Of a stretch of 64,000 nucleotides of DNA, positions 1 through 9,692 are shown piece after piece; positions within the stretch are counted from its first letter, which is position 1, and each line of letters begins with the position of its first letter. The stretch lies in contig NZ_JAJQXW010000002.1 of the NCBI RefSeq assembly GCF_021246445.1, positions 744,001 through 808,000 on the forward strand, in the 5' to 3' direction. A model generated the notes under the pieces. That model made no database searches. It saw only the letters and a program-made list of their open reading frames with translations, and was not told the DNA's origin. A program made the translations under genes and the position numbers. Origin of the DNA: Rhabdothermincola salaria (GTDB taxonomy: Bacteria > Actinomycetota > Acidimicrobiia > Acidimicrobiales > Acidimicrobilacustridaceae).

Positions 1-1
1 G

Positions 2-1978
2 GACCTCCTCGAACAACGCCTGGGCGATGCCCTGGGCCAGCCCGCCGTGCACCTGCCCGTCGACGATGAGGGGGTTGAGGATGCGGCCGGCGTCGTCGCA
101 GGCGACCATGCGGACCAGGTCGACCTGGCCGGTGTCGCGGTCGACCTCGACCACGGCGACGTGGGCGCCGAAGGGGAACGACGGCCCCCCGGACGAGAAG
201 TCCGAGACGGCCAGCAGCTCGTGGGTGTCGGCGGTGTCGGCCACCGCGGCCCAGTCGACGCTGATGGCCGGGGTGCCCACCACGTGGAACGCGCCGGTCT
301 CGGCATCGAGGACCACGTCGTCGACGGCGGCCTCGAGCAGGTCGGCGGCCCGGTCGCGGGCGAGGGCGACCAGCTTGCCGGCGGCGTCGTCGACCGACGA
401 GCCCGCCACCTGCGCCGAGCGGGACCCGCCCGTCACCTCGCCGTGCGGGACCACGTCGGTGTCGCCGTAGACCACCTCGATGCGGTCGAGGGGTAGGCCG
501 GTGCGCTCGGCGACGAGCATGGCCCAGGAGGTCACGTGCCCCTGGCCGTAGGGGTTGGAACCGGTGACCACCAGCGCGGTGCCGTCGGGGCGCAGCTGGA
601 CCGAGGCGAACTCCTCGCCCCCGGTCATGGCGGTGATCTCCACGTAGCAGCCCAGCCCGATGCCCAGGAGGCGGGAGTCGTCGGCCGCTCGGCGCCGGGC
701 CTGCTCGGCCCGCAGGTCGTCGTAGCCGGCGGCGGCCAGCACCCGGTCGAGGGCGCCCTCGTAGTCGCCGCTGTCGTAGGTGGTGCCCATGGGGGTCTGG
801 AAGGGGAAGGCATCGGGGGCCACGAAGTTGCGCCGGCGCACGTCGGCGGGGTCGAGGCCGGCTTCGGCGGCGAAGAGGTCGACGGCCCGTTCGAGGGCGG
901 CGGCCGCCTCGGGCCGACCGGCGCCGCGGTAGGCGCCGGTGGGCGTGGTGGTGGTGGCCACCGAGCGCGAGCGGTACTCGACCTCGGCGATGTCGTAGAC
1001 GCCGCTGGCCATGATGCGGGTGGCGAAGGGCAGGATGGCGCCCATCGTGGGGTAGCCGCCGGCGTCCTGGACGACCTCGAGGCGGTAGGTCGTGAGGTGG
1101 CCGTCGGCGGTGCCGCCCAGGGTGACGGTCTGGACCTGGCCTCGGCCGTGGTTCATGCCCACGAGGTTCTCCGAGCGGGTCTCGCTCCAGCGGACGGGCC
1201 GGTCGATGCGCCGGGCCAGCTCGCCGAGCAGCAGGGCCTCGGCAGGGATCTGGGCCTTGGCGCCGAAGCCACCGCCCACGTCGGGGCAGACCACCCGGAT
1301 CTGCTCGGGGTCGAGCCCATAGGCCTCGGCCAGGGCGGTGCGCACCGGGTGGGGGCCCTGGCAGCCGATCTCGACCACCAGGCGGTCGTCCTCCCACCAG
1401 GCGAGGGCGCTGCGGGCCTCGATGGGGACCGGCGCCACCCGCTGGTTCACGGTGCGGGTGGTGACGACGACGTCGCAGTCGTCGAACGAGACCGGGTCGC
1501 CGTGGTGGTCGATGACCATGGCGGCGTTGGTGCCCGCCGCGGGGAAGAGCAGCGGTGCGTCCGGCTCGAGCGCGGCCTCGGGGTCGACGAGGGCGGGCCG
1601 CGGTTCGATGTCGACGATCACGGCCTCGGCGGCGTCGACCGCCTGGTTGCGGGTCTCGGCGACCACGGCGACGACGGGCTCGCCGACGAAGCGGACGGTG
1701 TCGGTGGCCAGCACCGGCCGGGTCATGGCCTGGTCGACGATGGCCAGGGGGACGAGGTCGGGCAGGTCGATGTCGGCGGCGGTGACGACGGCCAGCACCC
1801 CGGGCGCGGTGCGGGCCTCGTCGGTGTCGATCGACTCGATGTGGCCGTGGGCGACAGTGGAGCGGACGTACACCACGTGGGCGGCGCCATCGCGAACGAT
1901 GTCGTCGACGTAGGTGCCGCCGTCGGTGAGCAGCGCCGGATCTTCGCGACGCAGGACACGGTGACCGAGGATGCTCAT
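2..1978 (-). CDS. Xanthine dehydrogenase family molybdopterin-binding large subunit (form II CoxL-like), 3' end truncated by window edge
   Basis: Manual translation from ATG 1978: MSILGHRVLRREDPALLTDGGTYVDD; DVGGGFGAK motif; TGAYRGAGRPEAA loop at 940-902. Not in ORF track because it runs off the window. Confidence 0.9.
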   Translation of the reverse strand, partial: MSILGHRVLRREDPALLTDGGTYVDDIVRDGAAHVVYVRSTVAHGHIESIDTDEARTAPGVLAVVTAADIDLPDLVPLAIVDQAMTRPVLATDTVRFVGEPVVAVVAETRNQAVDAAEAVIVDIEPRPALVDPEAALEPDAPLLFPAAGTNAAMVIDHHGDPVSFDDCDVVVTTRTVNQRVAPVPIEARSALAWWEDDRLVVEIGCQGPHPVRTALAEAYGLDPEQIRVVCPDVGGGFGAKAQIPAEALLLGELARRIDRPVRWSETRSENLVGMNHGRGQVQTVTLGGTADGHLTTYRLEVVQDAGGYPTMGAILPFATRIMASGVYDIAEVEYRSRSVATTTTPTGAYRGAGRPEAAAALERAVDLFAAEAGLDPADVRRRNFVAPDAFPFQTPMGTTYDSGDYEGALDRVLAAAGYDDLRAEQARRRAADDSRLLGIGLGCYVEITAMTGGEEFASVQLRPDGTALVVTGSNPYGQGHVTSWAMLVAERTGLPLDRIEVVYGDTDVVPHGEVTGGSRSAQVAGSSVDDAAGKLVALARDRAADLLEAAVDDVVLDAETGAFHVVGTPAISVDWAAVADTADTHELLAVSDFSSGGPSFPFGAHVAVVEVDRDTGQVDLVRMVACDDAGRILNPLIVDGQVHGGLAQGIAQALFEEV

Positions 1979-2078
1979 GGGCACCGACCGTACCGGGTGA
2001 CGGCCATCACACGAGCCGGTTCATCTCGACGTCCGTCGTCCCAGGACGCACCGCGCCGGGGTGTGGCACGCTGGGCCC

Positions 2079-3059
2079 ATGACGCCGCCGCCGACGACAC
2101 CGAGCCCGCCCGTGGTGCTCGACCCTGCCGTGACCGACGTGGACCTCGTGCGCCGCCTCATCGACGAGCAGGCGCCCTACTGGCCCGTGCAGCGCTACTT
2201 CGCCAACAACGCCGAGTACGCCGCCCTCTCGGGGAACGCCCCCGGTGAGATGGTCGTCGCCCCGGTCTTCCGGGGGAACTGGGCCACCGAGGGCCAGGCC
2301 GTGCCGGGGGTCGATGCGATCCTGCACGACGAGCGGCTCGTCGACGCCGCCCGGCGGGTGTTCGGCGCCGCGGTCGTGCGCCCCCACACCGTCTACGTGA
2401 ACCTCACGTGGCAGCTCCCGTTCGCCCAGGGCGCCGGTCACACCGACGTCCCTGCGTTCCGCGGGTTCGATCGGCGTGACTGGCCCATCTCGTTCCTGTC
2501 GATCATGGGCCTGTCGGGGCTCTTCGAGGACGTGAGGGTGAAGATCGCGACCGGGGTGGGCTGGTTCTACGCCGGAGAGGACGGCGGCTTCGAGTACTGG
2601 CCCGATGGTCCCGACCGCCCGTCGGTCATCCACGAGGGGGCGATCGACAACACCATGATCGTCGCCGACAACGACTTCATGTGGCACCGGGTGCGGCCCA
2701 CTGGGCGCCCCGAGGACGGGATGCCCCGGCTCTCGTTGGAGAGCGAGCTCGTGAGGCGCAGCTCGTCGGAGTGGGCCATCGTCGACGGTACGACGACGGT
2801 GGCCGAGGTGCCCCGCGATCGGCTCCGGGTCAGCCTGTCGTGGAAGGCCGACGTCTTCCTCACCGACGACGACGCCCGCCGCCACGACGACCACAGCGAC
2901 GACATCGACCTGGGTGGGGTCCTCGACCGGTTCGTGACCGACCTCCGCACGCGTGGCGTCGATCCCCGGCTGCCCGACGACCCCGTGCGGGACCCGGCCT
3001 TCATCGCGCTCCTCCAGGAGCACTACGTGCGGTACCCGTCGACGAGCTCCGCGGCCTGA
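2079..3059 (+). CDS. Hypothetical protein, probable 2OG-Fe(II) oxygenase fold
   Basis: H-x-D (GHTDVP), GGFEYW strand and distal His (MWHRVRP), then RVSLSW. Start refined to ATG 2079 (CACGCT 6 nt upstream). Confidence 0.6.
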   Translation: MTPPPTTPSPPVVLDPAVTDVDLVRRLIDEQAPYWPVQRYFANNAEYAALSGNAPGEMVVAPVFRGNWATEGQAVPGVDAILHDERLVDAARRVFGAAVVRPHTVYVNLTWQLPFAQGAGHTDVPAFRGFDRRDWPISFLSIMGLSGLFEDVRVKIATGVGWFYAGEDGGFEYWPDGPDRPSVIHEGAIDNTMIVADNDFMWHRVRPTGRPEDGMPRLSLESELVRRSSSEWAIVDGTTTVAEVPRDRLRVSLSWKADVFLTDDDARRHDDHSDDIDLGGVLDRFVTDLRTRGVDPRLPDDPVRDPAFIALLQEHYVRYPSTSSAA

Positions 3060-3077
3060 CCGGCCCAGCAGCGTGGC

Positions 3078-3965
3078 TTAGAGCGGCTCGAAGGTGCGGG
3101 CGCCGATGAACTCCGGGCGAGGGGCGGGCGCCGCGAAGGGCTCGACCACGGCGTTCTCGACGCTGTTGTAGACGAAGAAGACGTTGGTGCGCGGCAGCGG
3201 GGTGATGTTGCCGTTCGACCCGTGCATGACGTTGCAGTCGAAGTACACCGCCGAACCCGGAGGGCCGGTGATGGTCTCGATGCCGCCCTGGTCGACGAGG
3301 CGGGCGAGCACCTCTTCGCTGGGCACCCCGTACTCCTGGGCCCGCAACGAGCTCCGGTAGTGGTCGGCGGGCGTCTCGCCGGCGCAGCCCACGAACTCGC
3401 GGTGCGATCCGGGGATGACCATCAGCGAGCCGTTCCACGGCTCGTTGCGGGTCAGCGACAGCGAGAGGCTCACGGCCCGCATGCGGGGCATGCCGTCCTC
3501 CGCGTGCCACGTCTCGAAGTCGGAGTGCCAGTAGAACTCCTTGCCCCGGAAGCCCGGCTTGAGGTTCAGACGGCTCTGGTGCAGGTAGATGTCGGAGCCG
3601 AGGATCTGGCGGGCGGGACCGGCCAGGCGCGGGTCGGCCGCGAGGTCGGCGAACACCTTGCTCAGCTTGTGGACCTCGAAGATGGACCGGACGGTGTCGC
3701 CTCCGTGCTCGCGGATGATCCGCTCGTCGTCGCCCGGCACCGTGGCCAACAGCTGGGCGATCTCGTGCTCGATGGTCGCCAGATCGGCCGGCTCGACGAG
3801 GGCGTCGAACGCGAGGAACCCGTCCTTTTCGTAGGCGTCGACCTGAGCGGTCGAGAGGGGCCCGGCGTCGCGGTCACCCCAGACCACCGGCTCCTGGCGG
3901 GGCAGGGTGACCGGATCGGCGCTCGTGCGGGTCGGATAGAGCGACGGGGGCGCAGTGGTGCTCAC
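3078..3965 (-). CDS. ectD: Ectoine hydroxylase
   Basis: Signature [35 protein letters not shown] start overlaps ectC stop (GTGA). Confidence 0.96.
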   Translation of the reverse strand: MSTTAPPSLYPTRTSADPVTLPRQEPVVWGDRDAGPLSTAQVDAYEKDGFLAFDALVEPADLATIEHEIAQLLATVPGDDERIIREHGGDTVRSIFEVHKLSKVFADLAADPRLAGPARQILGSDIYLHQSRLNLKPGFRGKEFYWHSDFETWHAEDGMPRMRAVSLSLSLTRNEPWNGSLMVIPGSHREFVGCAGETPADHYRSSLRAQEYGVPSEEVLARLVDQGGIETITGPPGSAVYFDCNVMHGSNGNITPLPRTNVFFVYNSVENAVVEPFAAPAPRPEFIGARTFEPL

Positions 3966-4375
3966 GACACGACCTCCTCGGGCTCGTCGTCGACGGTCAA
4001 CAGCGGGTACACACCGTCCTCGTCGTGGACTTCCTGCCCGGTGACGGGCGGGTTGAAGACGCACACGGCGCGGAACGTCTCGTGGATGGTCAGACGGTGC
4101 TTCTCGTGGCCGTTCAGGAGGTACATCGAGCCGGGCTCGATGCGATGCGACTCACCGGTCGCGATGTCGTCGAGGGTGGCCAGACCCTCGATGCAGTACA
4201 CCGCTTCGATGTGGTTGGCGTACCACATCTCCGTGACGGTGCCGGCGTGCAGCACGGTGTCGTGCAGCGAGAACCCGACTCGGTCGCCGGCGAGCACGAA
4301 GCGTCGCGAGCTCCAGGTGGGCGCGTGGACGTCGCGGTCGGTGCCGACGATGTCGTCGAGGCGGCGGACGATCAC
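3962..4375 (-). CDS. ectC: Ectoine synthase
   Basis: [16 protein letters not shown]...GFSLHDTVL...[11 protein letters not shown]...[24 protein letters not shown] overlap with ectB stop. Confidence 0.96.
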   Translation of the reverse strand: MIVRRLDDIVGTDRDVHAPTWSSRRFVLAGDRVGFSLHDTVLHAGTVTEMWYANHIEAVYCIEGLATLDDIATGESHRIEPGSMYLLNGHEKHRLTIHETFRAVCVFNPPVTGQEVHDEDGVYPLLTVDDEPEEVVS

Positions 4376-5658
4376 GACGTCACCGCCTCGTCGGTCGGCA
4401 CATCGACGTCGGCGCCGGTGCCCATGACCTCGGCCACCGAGGCGGCCAGGATGTCGAGGCCCTCGTTGAGCTCGGCCTCGGTGATGGTGAGCGCCGGCAT
4501 GGCCTTGACCACCTCGCTCTCGGGCCCGGACGTCTCGAGCAGCAGGTGCCGCTCGAAGCAGGCCTTCACCACGGCGGAGGCCTTGTCGGGGTCCTCGAAC
4601 ACGAGGCCCTGGGCGAAGCCGCGGCCCCGGGTGTCGGTGCCCGGTGTGGTGCTCACGATGCTGAGCATGGCGCCCTCGATGAGCTTGGTCTTGGCCTCGA
4701 CCTCGGTGGTGAGGACGTCGTCGGACCAGTACTTGCGCAGGCCGGCGGCGCCGGTGATGAAGGCCGGGTTGTGGCCTCGGAACGTGCCGTTGTGCTCGCC
4801 GGGCTCCCAGACGTCGAGCTCGGGGCGCAGGAGGGTGAGCGCCATGGGGAAGCCGTAGCCGCTGATCGACTTCGACAAGGTGACGATGTCGGGGGTGATG
4901 CCGGCCGGCTCGAAGCTGAAGAAGGGGCCGGTGCGCCCGCAGCCCATCTGGATGTCGTCGATGATCAACAAGATGTCGTTGTCGCGGCACAGCTCGCTGA
5001 GGCGACGCAGCCACTCGTAGCTGGCCACGTTGATGCCACCCTCGCCCTGCACCGTCTCGACGATGACCGCGGCGGGGAGGTCGAGGCCCGAGCCGGAGTC
5101 GGCCAGCAGGCTCTCGAAGTAGGTGAGGCCGCTGCCCTCTTCCATGTAGTTGCAGAACGGCATCGGCGTGGTGTGGGCCAGGGGGATGCCGGCGCCGCCG
5201 CGCTTCATCGAGTTGCCGGTGACGGCGAGCGAGCCGAGGGTCATGCCGTGGAAGGCGTTGGTGAAGCTGACGATCTGCTCGCGGCCCTTCACCTTGCGGG
5301 CCAGCTTGAGGGCGGCCTCCACGGCGTTGGTGCCGGTGGGGCCGGGGAACTGCACCTTGTAGTCGAGCCCGCGAGGGGTCAGGACGACCTCGTCGAACGT
5401 GCGCAGGAAGTCGGCCTTGGCCTTGGTGAACATGTCGAGGCTGTGCACGACCCCGTCACCGGCCAGGTAGTCCATCAGGGCCTTCTTGAGGTCCGGGTCG
5501 TTGTGGCCGTAGTTGAGTGCGCCCGCACCGGCGAAGAAGTCGATGTAGCGCTCCCCGTCGGTGTTCCACATGACCGAGCCCACGGCCCGGTCGAAGGTGG
5601 TGGGCCAGGATCGGCAGTAGCTGCGGACCTCGGACTCGTGCTCCTCGATGACGTTCAT
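4372..5658 (-). CDS. ectB: Diaminobutyrate-2-oxoglutarate transaminase
   Basis: [35 protein letters not shown], class III PLP lysine (LSKS); RBS AAGGAGG. Confidence 0.97.
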   Translation of the reverse strand: MNVIEEHESEVRSYCRSWPTTFDRAVGSVMWNTDGERYIDFFAGAGALNYGHNDPDLKKALMDYLAGDGVVHSLDMFTKAKADFLRTFDEVVLTPRGLDYKVQFPGPTGTNAVEAALKLARKVKGREQIVSFTNAFHGMTLGSLAVTGNSMKRGGAGIPLAHTTPMPFCNYMEEGSGLTYFESLLADSGSGLDLPAAVIVETVQGEGGINVASYEWLRRLSELCRDNDILLIIDDIQMGCGRTGPFFSFEPAGITPDIVTLSKSISGYGFPMALTLLRPELDVWEPGEHNGTFRGHNPAFITGAAGLRKYWSDDVLTTEVEAKTKLIEGAMLSIVSTTPGTDTRGRGFAQGLVFEDPDKASAVVKACFERHLLLETSGPESEVVKAMPALTITEAELNEGLDILAASVAEVMGTGADVDVPTDEAVTS

Positions 5659-5758
5659 GAAACTGCTCTGCCTCCTTGTCCGGCGGGGTGTTCCCGCCGG
5701 TGCAGCACGCTGATGGGTACCTACCCGTCGGAGCGTCCGACAGCCACCATCGACAACG

Positions 5759-5780
5759 GTCGGTGACCTATGTCACCGAC
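5759..5780. promoter_or_regulatory. Perfect 9-bp inverted repeat with GTGA-N6-TCAC core (CRP/GlxR-like operator) upstream of ectB
   Basis: GTCGGTGAC-CTAT-GTCACCGAC read directly from the sequence. Confidence 0.5.
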
Positions 5781-5969
5781 GCTCCGAACCTCGGTGCGGC
5801 GATGGCGGTGGAAAGACCCTGCGACCCCCGAGAGCCGACGCCCACCTCGACCCGTCGATCCAGCCGACGGAGAGCAGGCATTCCTCCCAAGAACCACACG
5901 TGGAGCCGCCTGGTGGGCGGACCACGGAGCCGCGTACCCCACGGGTACTGGTTGTGAGTGTGCCTCTTG

Positions 5970-5998
5970 ACGGTACCGGGCGACGACCCTATGGGCAA
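5970..5998 (-). promoter_or_regulatory. Putative sigma70-type promoter in the ectA-ectB spacer
   Basis: Minus strand TTGCCC-N17-TACCGT. Confidence 0.55.
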
Positions 5999-6095
5999 CA
6001 ACCACGTGGCGTGACACTTCCCACGTCGCCGTGCACCCAGGGTGCTCGCCGCGAAAGCGTCGACGCCGACGTCCCCGACCTGCGGCGACGCGTGG

Positions 6096-6599
6096 TCAGG
6101 GGAGGGGGATGTGCAGCAGGTCCTCGGGTTCGTGGTCGTCGCCGAGGTGCTCGGGGCCGAAGAGCGGCGACACCGACACCTCCGATCCCCGCTGGCGGGC
6201 GAAGGTGCCGAACATGGCCAGCGACGCCTCGTTGTCATGGGTGACGGTGGCCTCGAGCGCAGTGAGGTCGCCGTGGCGGTCGACGAGGTGGTGCAGGATC
6301 CGCTGGCCCAGGCCGCGGCGGCGGGCGGCGGGGAGCACGGCGATCTGCCACACGAACAAGGTGGTGGGCACGTCGGGGCGGCGGTAGGCGGTGCAATAGC
6401 CCACGACCTCGCCGTCCATGCGGGCCACCGCAGTGGTGGCGGCGAAGTCCCGGCACCACAGCACATAGGCGTAGAGGGGGTTGACGTCGAGCCCGCCGGC
6501 CGCCTGGGCGGCCCGCCAGAGGGGAGGGCCGTCGGCGAGGGTCGGGGCGTCGATCTCGATGCCGTCGGTGGGAGCGTCGTCGGTGGGAGCGGTGGCCAT
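6096..6599 (-). CDS. ectA: Diaminobutyrate acetyltransferase
   Basis: LDVNPLYAYVLWCRDFAATT, LFVWQIAV, RRRGLG, EATVTHDNEAS, HEPE motifs; adjacent to ectBCD. Confidence 0.93.
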   Translation of the reverse strand: MATAPTDDAPTDGIEIDAPTLADGPPLWRAAQAAGGLDVNPLYAYVLWCRDFAATTAVARMDGEVVGYCTAYRRPDVPTTLFVWQIAVLPAARRRGLGQRILHHLVDRHGDLTALEATVTHDNEASLAMFGTFARQRGSEVSVSPLFGPEHLGDDHEPEDLLHIPLP

Positions 6600-6636
6600 G
6601 GCCTCCAGTCCTACCCGCTGGGGATCCGCCTCGCGT

Positions 6637-7965
6637 TCAGATGCCCAGCACGATCCGGGCGACGGTGAAGTAGATGATCAGGCCGGTGGCGTCGACCAGG
6701 GTGGTGATGAGCGGGGCCGAGACGACCGCCGGGTCGACGCCCGCCCGCCGGGCCAGCAGGGGCAAGGTGGACCCTGCGGCGGTGGCCCAGGTGCAGATGG
6801 CGACCAGGGTGATGGACACGACGAGGGCCAGATCGGGCTCGTAGATGAGGCTCACCGGGACGAAGGCGGCCAGGGCGAGCAGCAACCCGAGGAACAACCC
6901 CGTACGGGTCTCGCGCCACAGCACCCGGGGCAGGTCGGCGAGGCGCACCTCCCCGACGGCCAGGGCACGGATCACCGCGGTGGAGGCCTGGGCCCCGGCG
7001 TTGCCGCCGGTACCGATGAGCAGGGGGATGAACACGGCCAGGGTGACGACCTCGGCGAGGGTCGACTCGAAGATCTGCAGGACGTTGACGGTGAGGAAGG
7101 CGGTGAGGATCAGCACCAGCAGCCACACCGCCCGCACCCGGGCCAGACCCATGGCCGACGACGACAGGTAGGGCCGTCCCAACGGCACGCTGGCGCCCTG
7201 GATGGCGAAGTCCTCGGTCTCTTCGTCCTCGAGCACGCGCATGGCGTCGTCGACGGTGACCACGCCGACGAGACGCTGCTCGGAGTCGACCACCGGGAGG
7301 GCGATGAGGCCCTCCTCGCGCACCAGGCGCGCCGCCACCTCGCGGTCGGTGTCGGTGGTGACGGAGTGCACGTCGGTGGTCATCACGTCGCCGATGCGGG
7401 TGTCGTCGGGCGTGATGATCACCTTGCGCAGGCCGGTGATGCCGATGAGGCGACGGGCGTCGTCGAGCACCGGCAGGGCGTAGATGGTCTCGGCGTCGAC
7501 GCTCTCGCGCCGGATGCGGGCCATGGCCTCGGCCACCGTCATCGAGGCCCGCAGCGACACGTACTCCGGGTTCATCATGCGCCCGGCGGAGTCCTCCGGG
7601 TAGCCCAGGAGCAAGGCGGTGGCGTCGCGCTCGTCGGGGCTGAGCTGGCTGATGAGGCGGGCGGCGACCCCGGCCGGCAGCTCGTCGAGGAGCCGGGCCC
7701 GGTCGTCGGCCTCCATGGCCTCGACCAGGCTGATCACCCGGTCGTCGCGCAGACCGTCGAGGACCTGCTGTTGGTCGTGCGGGTCGAGCACCTCGAAGAC
7801 CTCGAGCGCTCGGTCCCGAGGCAGGAGGCGGAAGACCACGGCGGTCTCGGCCGGGCTGAGGCGGGTGAGCTCGTCGGCGATCTCGCGGGTGCCGGTGGCC
7901 TCGATCCAGTCGTGCAAGGCCTGGCTGTCGTCCGCCCGCAGCAGGTCGAGGTCCAGAGGTGGCAT
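6637..7965 (-). CDS. mgtE: Magnesium transporter MgtE
   Basis: MgtE N-domain, YPEDSAGRMM, CBS pair, FIPLLIGTGGNAGAQ, DPAVVSAPLITTLVD; ATG 7965 with RBS CAGGAG. Confidence 0.95.
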   Translation of the reverse strand: MPPLDLDLLRADDSQALHDWIEATGTREIADELTRLSPAETAVVFRLLPRDRALEVFEVLDPHDQQQVLDGLRDDRVISLVEAMEADDRARLLDELPAGVAARLISQLSPDERDATALLLGYPEDSAGRMMNPEYVSLRASMTVAEAMARIRRESVDAETIYALPVLDDARRLIGITGLRKVIITPDDTRIGDVMTTDVHSVTTDTDREVAARLVREEGLIALPVVDSEQRLVGVVTVDDAMRVLEDEETEDFAIQGASVPLGRPYLSSSAMGLARVRAVWLLVLILTAFLTVNVLQIFESTLAEVVTLAVFIPLLIGTGGNAGAQASTAVIRALAVGEVRLADLPRVLWRETRTGLFLGLLLALAAFVPVSLIYEPDLALVVSITLVAICTWATAAGSTLPLLARRAGVDPAVVSAPLITTLVDATGLIIYFTVARIVLGI

Positions 7966-8163
7966 TGCGGGCTCCTGGAGCGGGCGGGGGCGTCCCGGCC
8001 GGCGCGCCGGCGAGGCCGGATCGGGTCGGCGGGACGCGGTGTGGACGGTGGGGGCGCCTGCTCGGCGCTCGGCGCAGGAGTCGCCAGCGGGCCGCGCAAC
8101 CCTACCGGGCCGGCCCCGACCCTCGCGTCGAGCGGAGCACCCCGGGCGGTCGGCGCCGCGCTG

Positions 8164-8193
8164 GTCAGAAGGGCCGGTCGTCCGGCCCCTGAC
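8164..8193 (-). terminator. GC-rich hairpin downstream of the lipoprotein gene (possible terminator)
   Basis: GTCAG(aa)GGGCCGG-TCGT-CCGGCCC(c)TGAC imperfect stem, about 40 nt after stop at 8235; no U-tract. Confidence 0.4.
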
Positions 8194-8234
8194 GAGGGGG
8201 GGGGAGACCGTTGCGCCGGCATTGCGACGGTGCG

Positions 8235-9143
8235 CTACTCGGCGAAGTAGGACCGCCCGAGGAGATCGACGGGGAGCCAAGCTTCCAACGATCGCGTCCA
8301 GAGCTGTCCGGACTCGGGGTCGTACTCGACCGGAAGCCGGACGCCCTCGGGTACGACGGCATCCAGCCGGAGCGTGTCGGCCACGAGAAGGCTGCCCACG
8401 GCGAGCCGGTCGAAGGTGATGATGCCGGCGCGCCCGGGGTCGACGCCGGCGGCGGCGGCGAGTCGCTGGCCTTCCTGGATGACGCCGGGGGTGCTGAGAT
8501 AGACGGTCTCGCCCTCGGGGGTCGTGATCGGTTCCACGGAGATGACGTCGGGCACGCCGAGACGGTCGAGCTCGCGGGCGACCTCCCACTGGGCGACGAT
8601 CGGCACCGGGTGCCGCTCCACGAAGTCCGCCGCAGCCTCGGCGATGGCCCGGTTGACCGGTCCGGGTCGGAGGGACTCGATCGGCGGCGGGGTGTCGGTG
8701 AGCCCCACGGGTGCGATGCCCGAGGCGGGGTCGATGCGAAAGCCCCACGAGAACAGCCAGAGCGAATCGATCTGCTCGTCGGCGGCACGGTCCGGGGTGT
8801 AGCCGAGGACAGGGCTGTCCTCGAGGTCGCCGTCGGTCGCCTCGATCAGCCTGTCCACGACGCCCTGGTCGAGCTCCGCCGCCACCGTCCGGGCGGCATC
8901 AGGGTCCTGGGTCTCGAGCGCGAGACGGCGCGCGAGCCTCGAGCGCGCATCCATGGCGGTGGGCTCGACGATGGTGGTGGTCGGTGCCTCGGTGGCTGTC
9001 GACACCGGGGTCGAGCCGCGCGTCCCCACGCCGTTGCCAGCGTCGTCCTCCCGGCCGGAGCTGTCGCAGGCGCCGAGGGCCACCACGACGGCGACGACGG
9101 CGGCACCGCTGCGGATCAGCCGGGCATGTGGTCGGCGGCGCAT
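8235..9143 (-). CDS. Hypothetical lipoprotein
   Basis: Basic N-terminus, hydrophobic stretch and lipobox LGAC; Thr-rich linker; globular C-terminal domain (PIVAQWEVA, YLSTPGV). Confidence 0.7.
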   Translation of the reverse strand: MRRRPHARLIRSGAAVVAVVVALGACDSSGREDDAGNGVGTRGSTPVSTATEAPTTTIVEPTAMDARSRLARRLALETQDPDAARTVAAELDQGVVDRLIEATDGDLEDSPVLGYTPDRAADEQIDSLWLFSWGFRIDPASGIAPVGLTDTPPPIESLRPGPVNRAIAEAAADFVERHPVPIVAQWEVARELDRLGVPDVISVEPITTPEGETVYLSTPGVIQEGQRLAAAAGVDPGRAGIITFDRLAVGSLLVADTLRLDAVVPEGVRLPVEYDPESGQLWTRSLEAWLPVDLLGRSYFAE

Positions 9144-9411
9144 ATCGGGCTACGACCTCGACCGCTCGGGTCGCTCGGTGCTGCTGTCGTCCATCCCGCT
9201 CCTCGATCGACCGGCCCGACCCATCGTCGCACCGATGCGCTCGGCGCCCCGGGGCGGGGAGAGCGGCGCATCCCGGACACCGCCGCGAACCGACATGTCG
9301 GGACACCTCGACTGGCTCGGAGCGCGAGCATCGATGTCGAGGCAGGCGGCTAGCGTTCGACCTCGCCCCGGTCGGGACCACACCGTCGTTGCCGGGGCCT
9401 CCGCAGCTCCC

Positions 9412-9485
9412 GCCCGAGTAGCTCAGTTGGTCAGAGCACCTGTCTTGTAAACAGGGGGTCCAGGGTTCGAATCCCTGCTCGGGCT
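9412..9485 (+). tRNA. tRNA-Thr (anticodon UGU), CCA not encoded
   Basis: Acceptor GCCCGAG/CTCGGGC; D-arm GCTC-AGTTGGTCA-GAGC; anticodon arm CCTGT-CTTGTAA-ACAGG; T-arm CAGGG-TTCGAAT-CCCTG. Confidence 0.97.
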
Positions 9486-9528
9486 CCGTGAGATCTTGCT
9501 CCGGTCGGCAAGCAGTGACATCCAGCTC

Positions 9529-9692
9529 CGGTCGGCGAGCCTCCCTTCGCCGCCGTCGGCGAAACCCCTACGTCTGCTGAGCCTCCGTCGCTGCGCTCCT
9601 TCGGCTGTCACTGCGGTCGGCAAGCCTCCTTCGGTCGCCTTCGGCGAAGCGCGCGCGCTGGCTGAGCCTCCTTGCTGCGCAGCGTCGGCTGT
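9529..9692. repeat. REP-like degenerate tandem repeat downstream of tRNA (2 x ~85 bp, i.e. 4 x ~42 bp)
   Basis: RAGCCTCC at 9538, 9579, 9622, 9664, each followed by TCGGC; CGGTCGGCRAGCCTCC at 9529 and 9614. Confidence 0.65.

Noticed and set aside
2..1978. Bona fide aerobic CO dehydrogenase (form I)
   Set aside because: Loop is AYRGAGR, lacking the Cu-binding Cys of AYXCSFR.
5659..6095. c-di-AMP (ydaO) or other known riboswitch before ectB
   Set aside because: I could not find the ydaO consensus segments by eye; an Rfam scan would be needed.
7966..8234. M-box (ykoK) riboswitch upstream of mgtE
   Set aside because: No recognisable consensus; only generic GC-rich hairpins.
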